The notes under the pieces were generated by a model. The model searched no databases, had not been told where the DNA came from, and was given only the letters and a program-made list of their open reading frames with translations. Source: the human T2T-CHM13v2.0 reference genome, Homo sapiens. Taken from it: 64,000 nt of DNA. Where the stretch lies: NCBI RefSeq assembly GCF_009914755.1, contig NC_060936.1. The stretch is one strand, 5' to 3'. This document shows positions 34,108 to 50,916 of this stretch, piece after piece; within the stretch, counting starts at the first letter, position 1; each line of letters opens with the position of its first letter. Made by a program: the position numbers and the translations under genes.

Positions 34108-34390
34108 TCATTCATTCGTTTATTCACCAAACAAATATTCTTGAGCACAAAAAATGTGTTCATCACTATTATGGTTGGGGATAGAACAGCAGATAAAACA
34201 GACATAGTTTCTGCCTCATGGAGCTGGCATTCTCATGAGGGAGAAGCTTTTTAAGTAAATTTTAAAAATTGCAGTTGTGGTAAGAGCTAGAAGGCCATCA
34301 AAGGGCTGAGCCTGAGGCTAAAAGTGGGGACGAGGAGCTGCAGGGCTCAGGAAAGTCTCCTGTGAGAGGTGGCATTCACATTGAGCCCTG
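34108..34390 (-). mobile_element. L2 3' fragment
   Basis: ttcattcgtttattcaccaaacaaatattcttgagcac...tctgcctcatggagct. Confidence 0.7.
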
Positions 34391-34626
34391 CAAAATTACC
34401 TCCCAAATGAGTGTCACCTGTATGGGCAACAAGGGGGACCCTAAAAAGTACATGAGAAAATAAGGCCCTGTTCTGCTCAAATCAGTGGGACCTGGTCCTT
34501 TCTGACCCTCAGGGAAGTCTAGAAAACACATGACTTTTCCAATCTCACCTAAATAATTAAAATGTCTCAGTCTTTTAAGTCACTTAAATCACACTATGCC
34601 CCCATTTCAGTAATTAAAATGACTGT

Positions 34627-34829
34627 TTCTACCAGACATTCAAAGAAGAATTGGTACCAATCCTTTTGACACTATTACAAAAGATAGACAAAGAAGGAAC
34701 CTGCCCTAATTCATTCTATGAAGCCACCATCACTCTAATCCTAAAACCAGAAAAGGATATAAGCAAAAAAGAAAACTGCAGACCAATATTCTTGATTAAC
34801 TTAGACACTACAATCCTTAACAGAATACT
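34627..34829 (+). repeat. 203 bp local duplicate of L1PB ORF2 segment 29684-29892
   Basis: Near-identical sequence; both translate [36 protein letters not shown]...[16 protein letters not shown]. Confidence 0.9.
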
Positions 34830-34969
34830 TACATACTTATTTTGTGCCAAGCCCTAGGCTGTATGCTAGAGGTACTAAAATAAATAAATGATCCCTTCAC
34901 CCAAAAAGCTCCTCTTCTAATTGACAAACAACTCATACGCAATTGCAATTGATTGTACTAGATCTACAA

Positions 34970-35115
34970 TCTTAGCTAAACTACTTTGTCTTTCTTCGTT
35001 TCACTGTCCTTGTCCGTAAACTGGGGACATTAACAGGGCTTACTTCACAGGCTTGTGAATATTTAAAAAGGAAATATTAGTAAGGACCCTAAAACATAAA
35101 AAAATGCTCAATTAT
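34970..35115 (+). mobile_element. MIR fragment
   Basis: Core-like 'gtttcactgtccttgtccgtaaactggggacattaacagggcttacttcacaggcttgtg'. Confidence 0.55.
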
Positions 35116-35269
35116 CTTTTTTAAACAAATAGTCCTGTGTAACTGTCAAAATTCTACACTTCAAGCATATATAAAAGTAGAAAGAATTACGCAATGACCA
35201 CCTTATATCCATCACCTAGATTTAAAAGAATTTAACAACCAGTATGGCTACACTGGTATGTACACGATA

Positions 35270-35635
35270 AGGACTGGTTCTGCATCCAGGTTAAAGGATG
35301 CAGAGTGGAAGGTAAGGGCAGGAGGTCAGTGAGGCCAAAGTTGTGCTCATCACATATTCCACGTCCTCCTTTCCTTCATATCGAGCTTTCCTAACAGTTA
35401 GGTTTGGGCCAGATGAGTTATTCTGGCCAGAAACTGTCAGTGGAAATGACATGTAACTTCTGAGTCAAGAAAGTTAGGAAATGACATGCCTCCTCCACTC
35501 CCATCCTCCCCTGCATGAGATGAAGGAGGGCATCCTCACCTGCACTGACTGTGTAGACACAAATAAAGCCAGTACGGTGTTAAGCCACTGGGATACGGGG
35601 CTAATCTGTTACCAGAGCCAGCTCAGCTAACTGCA
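35270..35635 (+). mobile_element. Old MLT1 LTR
   Basis: gttaggtttgggccagatgagttattctggcca...ttaagccactgggatacggggctaatctgttaccagagc. Confidence 0.6.
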
Positions 35636-36774
35636 CCATAAACAGGGAAGGCCTGATTTGACTGGTGCTGCTGTGAGCTGGTGTGGTGTTCTCTGGAGCT
35701 GGCAAGCGTTAAAGACACTTCTCGGTGGCATTTTCGTGAGCATTTCAGAGATACTCCCACACACCACTGGAGGTCGCTTACCTGCAGTTCCCTTGAAGCA
35801 GGAAATGCATCTCCACAGATGGGTCGCTAATATTTCCTCCTTTGGTGTTTAGACACCTGATGTCACACTTTCTGCTGTGGTTTCCTGCCCCTTCCAGGTG
35901 GTCCTCTCAGGCAGTATAAAACAAAATCCCAGGGCAGCTTTCTCTCCCAGCATGGCTCATATCTGGTACACATATGATCCATAGAAAACACTCTCTCATC
36001 CTTTTACTCTAACATACTCTGCTCCCAACCCACCAGGCTCCTGTGTGAGCCACCTCTCCCTGCTCGGCCAGCCTAGCAAGCAGCTCCGGCCACTTACCTT
36101 TACGTCTCACAAGCAGGAGGCAGAAGCAGCTACGGTGTTTCCACCATAGCCCCTAACTACCCTTGAATGAGGAATAAGCCCCTCAGTCCTCCCCACTGCT
36201 GAGGTGGGCAGCCTGTTAAGGCATAGAGCACCAGTCCTTACACCCTGCTTGGGAGTCTTGGCACCTCATTTCAGAACACGGAGATCCTTTTGACCTATTC
36301 TTTTCAGGCCTATTATCAACCTACTTTTTCAGGTCTCAGGTAAAACAAAGACAAAAAGAGTCCCGTTTTTACACCCTGTTACACCAGGATCATCCAGAAT
36401 CCCCTTTCTTAAGCTGGTGCTACATCAAGATAGGAAAAAAGGGACTAGAACTGCCAGAGAAGAGGGCAGCACGGCATTCCTCCACTGAGTCTACACCCTT
36501 TATTGAGAAGGGTGCTGGCTGCAGAGGGCTGAATTAGGCAAACAAGCCACCACTGCTTTCGTGTCCCCTGCAGGAAGATGTAAGGGACAAGCGATAGACA
36601 GACAGCAAATTATCAAGAGAGGCTTGGAGAGAGAAGAGTGATATAAAGAAAACAAAAACGGGCTACACTCATGGTGTGTGCACTCAAGTGACATGGGGAG
36701 GGACTAACAGAGAGTAGGAAGTCAGATGACCTATCCGTGAATGTATCCATCTCAAGGAACAGACCAATAGGGTC

Positions 36775-36972
36775 TATGATATTATATAACATATAGTATA
36801 TAACATATATACACATTATATATAAGTATACACATAAAATATATAATGTGTGTATATACATTGTATATATGTGCATGTGCATATGTATGTGTACATATAT
36901 ACATACATGTATACATGCATATATAATCTGCATATATTTATATGTAATATTGATACATAATATTTATATGTA
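36775..36972. repeat. Degenerate (TA)/(TG)/(CA) low-complexity tract
   Basis: Directly visible. Confidence 0.85.
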
Positions 36973-36975
36973 AAG

Positions 36976-37180
36976 AGATAGGTAGCAAGCTGCATATATG
37001 AGTATGGAGCTCAGGAAAGATATCAGACTAAAGGTACACATATGGGAGTCATCAGCATATTGAGATTAAGCAATAGAACGCAACTAAACTACATATGATT
37101 ACAGAAGGAGAGAATCCAAATAGAAGAGAATCAAGAGCCTAGAACCAAGCTTGTGGTCATTCCAGCTTTTACAGCTAAAT
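36976..37180 (-). mobile_element. L2 fragment
   Basis: ggagctcaggaaag...tgggagtcatcagcatat (antisense of the L2 RT YADD region). Confidence 0.7.
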
Positions 37181-37805
37181 TTGAGGACTAGTGAACTCCT
37201 GTGGTAAAGGGAAGGACAATAACCAGATGAGGAAATCCCAAGTCAAGGAGAAAAGCAGGCTTTTTCAGGCTACCAGCCGGGGCAGCCTTCCTCAAATGGA
37301 TATTTGTTCATAAAGGTTACTAATAAATCAAGTTGGTGATGGCCACTATTAGACGTTCTCCTCAATATTTTTTAAGTCAATATGGGCCCCACTCTTAAGG
37401 AACTCTTTTAAATACAAATGCCAGAAATGTTTACACCAGCATTTATACTTCTATGGATCAACAATCCTATCAATGAAGGGGTTCTCCCTGCTTTAGAAAA
37501 GAGAAAGCACTTTTGCTTTGGAAAAAGAGAAGGCACTGTTCCCTTCCTGAAGGACTTGGCTCTAAAAATGCCCAAATATCAAAGGACCCTATTGTTCCAC
37601 CCTGGCAAGTGTTGGGGTAAGGGAGATAGAGTGCTGGAGTGGGGTGGGGTGGGGGGAGTGAGGAAGAGGACAAATTAAAATGATGTTTCTTAGAAGTTCC
37701 ATGAAATCAGAAATACGAGGAAGGTGAAAAACAATGAGTGGCCAGATTACTTTTACAAGTGGGGAGGGAGGGCAGTCTGAAAAGGCTGCTTTAAGAATAT
37801 GAGTC

Positions 37806-40249
<2,444 letters not shown>

Positions 40250-40728
40250 AAGAATATGAGTCCAAAATCAACTTTCACAATGAAAAAGCATATTATTTCC
40301 AGTCACAGCATTTTGGATTTATTCTCAAATGTTCCTTCTTTTTAAACGAATAGTATATCACTGATATCCACAATTCTTATCTAAGGGGGAATTCGCTGCT
40401 GCATTAAATCACAAGTTACATATCATTTCCTCATTCAGGTCCCTTAAAAATTCTGAATTTGGTGACTATCATAAGAGTTAGGGAAGAATCTCAACTGCAT
40501 TTGTTGGGTGAGAATTCAGGTGGCACAGAAAGTAAAAACAAAAAAAATGGAGCAGGAGGTTAGGTATTTAGTCTATAAGAGGTATGGATATAGCTGTTTT
40601 ATATTAGGTCATTCACTTAACCTCTCCTGACCTCAATTTTCTCATCTATCGAAGGAGTGTTGAGGACTTAGCTTCTGGGAAAATGGAGAGCACGTAATTT
40701 TCCCCATTCCTCTCACAAAGTACAACTA

Positions 40729-41078
<350 letters not shown>

Positions 41079-42135
41079 AAGACTCTGGGAGGTAAAGAGA
41101 GAACATAACAGATCAGCTCAGGACTTCTGGACCTAAGGAAAATCATAATGATAAGTTCCTTGGGTTTTCAATTTGCCTCCTATATTTTAGACTTGGTACT
41201 GAAAAAGTTGGCAACCTCAAAACATCGGTAGGTGCAGACAAAATAAGCTCCAACAAAAACCCACTCTCTTTAGCCAAAAGAACCAAGGAAGCAAGACATG
41301 AAACTTTACAATAATACTGCTCTACTATAACCAAACACCACAGAAAAACCTTTAGCTACCTCACACTCACACTAGTTCAGGGCCAAGTGAGAAGTCTAGT
41401 GTTCTACAACCACTAGGCTGTAACATGGTACCCTGACTCGGATAGTGTCAGGCAAGGTTAAGTAGAAACCCAGTGCTTTCATCTCCGCTAGGCGGTAGCA
41501 AACCACCTCCACTGGTATCAGTAGAGACTACATCCAGAGTCAGGACTTCTTTCCCACCTAGCAGTAATGACGTGACAATCCCTCCTTTCCCCTACTAGAG
41601 AAGTATCAGAGAAAGCCAGCGAAACAGAACATTTAAATGAGATCCAGAGACTTATAACATAATACCCAAAATGTTCAGATTTCAGGAAAAAATTATTTGT
41701 CATACCAAGAACCAGGAAGATCTCAAAATAAATAAAAAAGATAATCAGTAGATACCAATCAATGACAGAGATGCTAAAATTATCTGACAAAGATTTTAAA
41801 GCAGCCATCATAAAAATATTTTAATAAACAATGACCAATATGTTTACAAAAAATTTAAAAATTGTAATCTTTTGCAAAGAAATAGTCTCAGAAAAAAAAA
41901 AACAGAAGACATAAGGAAGAATCAAATGGATATTTTAGAAATAAAAAATACAATAACCAAAATAAAAACTCAATGGATAGACTCAAAAGCAAAATGGAAC
42001 AGGGGAAATAACTGGTGAACTTGAAAATAGAATCATAGAAACTATCCAGTATGAATAAAAGAGAGAAAATATACTGAAAACAAAACGAACAGAGTCTAAA
42101 GGACCAGTGACTGTAACAAAAAGTAACAGTTCTGT

Positions 42136-42198
42136 CACTGGAGTCCCAGAAGGAGACATTGGAGTCCCAGAAGGAGACATTGGAGTCCCAGAAGGAGA
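42136..42198. repeat. 3 x 21 bp tandem repeat (cattggagtcccagaaggaga) in L1MC ORF1
   Basis: Directly visible; SPSGTPM repeat in the ORF track. Confidence 0.95.
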
Positions 42199-42300
42199 AG
42201 GGAAAGAGGGTGGAACTAAGCAAGTATGCAAAGGAGTTTGACTTAAAACTCATCGAATCTCACAAAAGACACCAACCTACAGATTTAAAAAGTTGAATAG

Positions 42301-42599
<299 letters not shown>

Positions 42600-42961
42600 T
42601 CAAATAGAATACAGCCAAAGAGATCTACACAAGGATACATTACAGTCAAACCTATGAAAATTAAAGACTTTGAAAGCAGCTAAAGAAACTAATACCTCAC
42701 TTATAGGAGAAATACAAATCAAAAGACAGTGGGTTTTTCATCAAAACTATGGAGGCCAGAAAAAACGTGGCACATTTCTCAACTGCTGAAAGAAAAATCT
42801 GTAAATTTAGAATCCTATATCCAGCAAAAATATATTTCAAGAATGAAGGGGAAACCAAGACATTTTCAGATTTTAAGAAATCTAAAAGAATGTGTTGTAC
42901 TCTGAAAAGAATTACCAAAAGTTCTCTAAGCAGAAAAGAAATTATTAAAAATATAAACCTG

Positions 42962-43281
42962 AGACCAGACACAGGGGCTCATACCTGTAATCCCAGCGCG
43001 ACAGGAGGCCAAGACCAAGGGAGGATTGATTGAGCCCAGAAGTTTGAGATCAGCCTGGGCAACATAGTGAGATCTCATATCTGCCAAAAAAAACCTAGGC
43101 ATCGTGGTGCATGCGCTTGTGGTCCCAGCTACTCACTCAATACATATATAAGAAAAGAGGCTGAGTGGGAAGACCTCCTGAGCCTAAGAGGTCAAGGCTG
43201 CAGTAAGCCATGATTCTGCCACTGTACTCCATCCTGGACTACAGAGAGAGAACCTGTCACCAAAAAAAAAAACAAAGAAAG
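42962..43281 (+). mobile_element. AluJ with ~20 bp internal insertion
   Basis: Degenerate dimer; insert ctcaatacatatataagaaaa. Confidence 0.82.
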
Positions 43282-44207
43282 AAAAAACCTGGGAACATCA
43301 TGAAGAAAAAGAATATTGTAAGAAAAAAATGGATAAACACAATAACTTTTCCTTTTGCATTTTGTAAATTATGTTTGATGGTTGAAAAAAAATATAGGAT
43401 TGCCTAATGCAGTTCTGAATTATGTAGAGGAAGTACTTAAGAAAATTATATTATAAATGGATGAAGGTAAAAGAACATAAAGGGAAGTAAGGTTCCTTTA
43501 CTCGAACTGATAATATGATGATAATAGAAAACTATGATAAGTTATGTATGTAAACAGAGATACACTCAAAAATATTACAAGTAACTTAAGTGGAAATTCT
43601 AAAAAAAGTTCAAGTAACCCACAGGAATGCAAAAAAAAAAAAAAGCAAACAGAAAAATGAAAAACAACAGAGACAAATAGAAAACAAAAATAATAAACAA
43701 AATGGCAGACTTAAGTCCTAATTTATCAACAATTATATTAAAAGTAAAAGTGGGAGAGGAACATCTAATAATTACAAAAGGAACAGTCTACCAAGAAGAT
43801 ATAGTAATTTTAAATATGTATGAACCAAACAACAGAACTGGTAAATGTTTCAAGCAAAAATTGATAGAATGGAAAAGAGAAATAGAGAAACCCACAATTA
43901 TAGTTGAAGATTTCAACAACCTTCTCTCAATAATTAATAGAACAATTACACAAAAAATTAGCAGGGACATAGAACTCAACAACACCATCAACCAACAGGA
44001 TCAATCAACAGTTATGGAACACTCCACCCAACAGCAGCAGAATGTACATTGCTTTCAGGTGTCCATGGAACATATGCTAAGATGAAATAAATCCTGGCCT
44101 ATAAAACAAACCTCAACAACTTTAAAAGAACTGAAATCAAAGTGTGTCCTCCAATCACAATGGAATCAGACTAGGAATTAATAACAGAGAGACTTATTTT
44201 AAAACTT

Positions 44208-44368
44208 GGCCGGTCACAATAGCTCACATCTGTAGCCCCAGCTACTCAGGAGGCTGAGGCGAGAGGATTGTTTGAGTCCAAGAGTTCGAGGTTCAGTGAG
44301 CTATGATCACACCACTGCAATTCAGCCTGGGCAACAGAGCAAGACCCTGTCTCTAACAACAACAAAAA
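44208..44368 (+). mobile_element. FRAM / right-arm Alu monomer
   Basis: Single ~150 bp right-arm-type monomer with A-rich tail. Confidence 0.75.
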
Positions 44369-44927
44369 ATTCCAAACACTCGGAACCCAGACAACACACT
44401 TGTAAATAATATATCAACAAAGAGGAAATCTGAAAGGAAATTTAAATATATATATTGAACTGAATGAAAATGAAACTACAACATATGTCAATGTGTGCGA
44501 CACAGCTATAGCAGGGCTGAGAGGATAATTTATAGCACTAAATGCATGTGTAAGAAAAGAGGAATGTCTCAAATCAATAATCTAAGCTCTCACCACTAGC
44601 CCCTAGAAAATGAAAGGTAAAATACACTCAAAAGAAGTAGAAGAAAGGAAATAACAAAGGTAAGAGCAGAAATCAGTGAAACAGAAAATAGAAAAACAAT
44701 TTAAAAATTCAATTTTAAAAAGACTTGGTTTTTTGAAAAATCAAAAATAAAATGGACAAGCTCTAGCAAGACTGACAAAAGAAAAAAGAGAGAAGACACA
44801 AATTACCTGTATCAGGAATGAAACAGAAGATATTACTCTGAATTGTGCAGACATCAAAAGGACAATATGAGAATACTACAAACAATTCTACACACAAATT
44901 TCACAAAGTGGACAAATTCCTCAAAAA

Positions 44928-44960
<33 letters not shown>

Positions 44961-45330
44961 CCACAACTCACATAAAATAAATAATGTGACTAGGTCTATG
45001 ACTATGAAGAAAATTGAATTTATGATTTGAAAAACTCCCAAAAAAGATATCTCCAAGCCCAGATGGTTTTGCTCAAGAATCCCACTAACCTTGTTAAAAA
45101 AAAAAAAAAAAACACAGAATTCTATCATTCATTTCATTTAAAGATTAATACAAATTCTACACCATCTCTTCCAGAAAATACAAAAGGAAACACTTCTCAA
45201 TTCAATTTATAAAGCTACAACTAGCCTGATACCAAAGCCAGAAAATGACAATTTAAAAAACTAAAAACCAATACCCCTCATGAATATAGACATAAAAATC
45301 TATAACAAAATACTACCAAATAAAATCCAG

Positions 45331-45331
<1 letters not shown>

Positions 45332-45385
<54 letters not shown>

Positions 45386-45400
45386 GATAGATAGATAGAT
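45332..45400. repeat. (TG)n(GATA)n microsatellite next to Alu tail
   Basis: Directly visible. Confidence 0.95.
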
Positions 45401-45402
45401 AA

Positions 45403-45711
<309 letters not shown>

Positions 45712-47577
45712 CAGCAATATATTTTTCAAATGATACATCATTACCAATTGGGGTTTATTGCAGGGATGCAAGTCTGGTTCAATATTTGAAAATCAATAAA
45801 TGTAATTTGCCAATCAGACTAGAGGAAAAAGTTACATGACATATCAATCAGTAAAGAAAAAAAGCATTTCACAAAACTTAACACTCTTTCATCATTAAAA
45901 AAAAACTCTCATAAATATGGAATAAAAGGAATATTCTTCAATTGGATAAAAAGCATCTACAAAAAAGCTTCAGGTGACTTTGCAGTTAATGACAAAACCT
46001 GAATGCTTTACACCTAAGATCAAGGCATGAATGCTGATTCTAGCTGATCTTATTCAACTTAATGCTTGAAGTTCTAGCTAGTGCAATAAGGCAAGAAAAA
46101 TAATTAAAATGGATACAGATCATAAAGCAAGAAATAAAATTATCTTTATTTGTAAATGGCATGATTATGTACATAAAAAATCTAAAGAAATTTACCAAAA
46201 AAAACGCACCTAGAACTAGCAAGTGAATCCAGCAAGGTCATAGAGTATAAGATAAACATACAAAACTCAATTATATGTATATATAATACTATCAATAAAC
46301 ATATGGACATCAAAGTTAAAAATACAATGGCATTTACAATTCCTAAAAAAGAAAGGAAATACTCAGGAATAGATCTAACAAGATATGTATAGGATTTGGG
46401 TGCTAAAACCAAAAAACACTGATAAAATAAATCAAAGGCCTAAATAAATTGACAGACATATTGTGTTCCTGAATTGAGAGACTCAACATAATAAAGTGTT
46501 AATTCTCCCCAGACTCACATGCAAGTTTAACATAATTTCTATTAAAATTCGATCAAGAGTTTTTGTAAGTAGAGACAAGATTATTCGAGAATGTATATGG
46601 AAAGGCAGAGGAGCTAGCATAGTTAAAACAAATTTGGAAAGGAAGAATAAAGAATAAATAAATTAACCTGATGCCAATATTTATTATATAGATACAGCCA
46701 TCAAGATGATGTGGTGTTGGCAGAGAGATAGATGCATAGCTCAGTGGAACAGAATAGAGAACACAGAAATAGACCAAAACAAATATGCCCAGCAGCCTTT
46801 TGATAAAGGTGCAAAAGCAATGCAATGGAGGAACGATAGCTTTTTCAACAAGTAGTACTGAAATAATTAGACGTCTATATACAAATACTCATAATAATAA
46901 TAATCTCCAACTTAAATCTCACTCCTTGTACAAAAATAAACTCAAAATGAATAACAGACTTAAATGCAAAACATAGAACCATAAAACTTCCAGGAAAAAA
47001 AAAACAGGAGAAAATCTTGAGAATCTACAACTAGGCAAACAGTTCTTACACTTGACACCAAAAGCACAATCCATAGCAGAATAAATTGATAAATTTGACA
47101 TCATCAAAACTAAAAACTTTTGCTGTGTAAAAGATCCTGCCAAGAGGATGAAAATACAAGCTATACACTGGAACAAAATATTTGCCAACCGCACATCCAA
47201 CAGAGGACTAGTATCTAGAATAACATAAAGAACTCTTGAAACTTAAACATGCAAGTACCATATGACCCAAGCAATTACATTCCTGGGTATTTATACTAGA
47301 GAAACAACTTATGTTCATACAAAAACTTGTACATGAAAATTTATTGAAGTTTTATTTATAGTAGCCCAAAACTGGAAACAACCCAGATGGCCTTTAATAG
47401 GTAAATGGTTAGACAAACTCTTCCGTCCATTCCATGGAATACTACTCAGCAATAAAAAGGAACAAATTATTGGTATACACAATTCTCCAGAGAATGATGC
47501 TCAGTGAAAAAAAGCCAATCCCAAATGGTTATACACAATGTTTCCATTTATGTAACATTATTGAAATGACAATATTA

Positions 47578-48005
<428 letters not shown>

Positions 48006-48516
48006 TCAATATCAATATCCTGGTAGTCATAGTGTACTATTCCTTTGTAAAATGTTTCTATTAGGCAAAACTAGGTAAAGTATACATGGGATTTCTCTGT
48101 ATTATTTCTTACAACTGCATGTGAATCTATTATCTTAAATAAAATAAAAAGTTTAATTTCCTTAAAAAAAAGTATTCAGATATTTGATCTCTAAAGGTCC
48201 TTCTAAACCTGATATTCTGACTGTCACCATGATTTATGTGGATGTCTTTATGGTAGTATTCTCCAGAATGTGATCTATGGGACATGAATCCACCTCAAGA
48301 TCCTGTAAGTTGTCTATGGTTAAAAAGGTTGGTTCTATGGTCAAATATGTGTGAAATGAGTACTAACATAATAAGAAAAAAAAATTAAAACCTGATTAAG
48401 AAAAGAAATTAAAACCTAATAACTTTAATCCATCATTTCTAAAACATGGCACAGTGACCCTTTCTCTTTCTTTTTCCTTCTTTTCTTTTTTATTTTTTCT
48501 TGGGAACACCTATTAG

Positions 48517-48860
48517 CATCCTAGCTCATTTGGTCTGCTGTAACAAAATGCCATAGACTGGATAGCTTATAAACAATAGAAATTTTTTTCCTCACAGTTC
48601 TGGAAGCTAAGTCCAAGATCAAGGTGCTGGTATATTCAGTGTCTGGTCCAACACCATTTTCTGGTCCATAGATAGCACCTTCTTGCTACGTTCTCACATG
48701 GTGTATGGAGTGAGGAATTTCTCTTTGCTTCTCTTATAAGGGCACTAATCCCATTCATGAGGAATCCTCTCTCATGATTCAATCACCTCCCAAAGTCCCC
48801 ACCTCCTAATACCATCACTTTAGGGATTAGGGTTTCAACATAGGAATTTTGGGGGAATAC
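48517..48860 (-). mobile_element. MLT1A LTR
   Basis: ctgctgtaacaaaatgccatagactggatagcttataaacaataga...gggtttcaacataggaatttt. Confidence 0.85.
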
Positions 48861-50192
48861 AAGCATTCAGCCCAGAGCCAGAGCAGCATCTAATGTAATG
48901 CTGGCACTCCACAGAACCCAATTTGAAATATGATGTTATTATAAATTAACTTTTTTGACATATGGTGGCAATTTCAAGTTTTCATTTTCAGTCCTCTCAA
49001 TTCCTCTCCAGCTATGTAACTGTATCCTTGCAATTTCACCTGTCTTCTCTTTGTATTTTTAATTCTTTCTCCTGCGCTGAATTCACAGCTCCCTGAGGGC
49101 AAGAACTTTGTCTTCAGAGTCATTCAGACACTTGCTTTGTACCTACTCTGCAGCTCTACAGATACTTTTCTGAGTGTCCAGGCAGTTCTTTTGTGGTTAA
49201 CCTTCTGAAGTGAACTTCTGTTATTTCTGCCTTACACGAGTGTTCTATCTTCTTTGGGGAAATTGATCTTCTCCCATTTGAATCATGTCATTCTGGTGAC
49301 TACTCACCACAGACTGTCACCTCCTCAACATGAGACATAACATGGTCAATGATAGTATCCCATTCTCTTTGCCAAAGATTGATTGGTCTCTGATTGATTC
49401 AGAGTCACCTAAGATGCAAACCAGGCCAAAGTCTTTTCCTGGAATTTTGCAATCTGAAGTTGGAAGAGAAGAATTCTTACCTCTTGGGTCACAGAAGCTA
49501 GAAAAATATAAGTCTGGGGAAAGCCTGTCTGTGGTAAGCAAGGATAAAGCCACTGGGAGACAAGCAGAGTTAAGGAACAGTGTCTTAGTCCATTTGTGTT
49601 GCTATAAAGGAATGCCTGAGGCTGGGCAATTTATAAATAAACAAAAGAGATTTATTTGGCACAAGGACCTGCAGACTATACAAAAAGCATGGTGCCAGCA
49701 TCTGCTTCTAATGAGAGCTTCAAGCTGCTTCCACTCATGGTGAAAGGGGAATGGGAACCAGTGTGTTCAAAGATCACATGGCAAGAGAAGAAGTAAGAGA
49801 GAAGGAGAAAGGTGCTATGCTTTTTTTAACAGTGGGTTCCCACAGGAACTAATACAGCAAGAACTCATTACCATGAGGACAGAACCAAGCCATTCATGAA
49901 AGATCCACCCCATGACCCAAACACCTCCCATTAGGCTCCCACATCCAACATTGGTCAATGATTGAGGATCAAATTTCAACATAAGATTTGAAAAAGTCGA
50001 ACGTCAAAACCATAAAATTCTGCCACTAGCGCCCCAAATCTCATGTCCTTCTCACATTTCAAAATAAAGTCATCCCTTCTCAATAGTCCCCAAATGTCTT
50101 AACCTGTTCCAGCATCAACTGAGAAGTTCAAAGTCTCCTATAATACTCAAGTTTCTTACAGCTGTGAGCCCTTAACATCAAAAATAAGTTCT

Positions 50193-50916
<724 letters not shown>

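Noticed and set aside
42136-42198. Direct repeats resembling a CRISPR-like array
   Set aside because: Head-to-tail with no spacers, inside L1 ORF1 in a eukaryotic genome.
49330-49743. 137 aa ORF
   Set aside because: Runs across MLT1 and MST LTR sequence; chance ORF.
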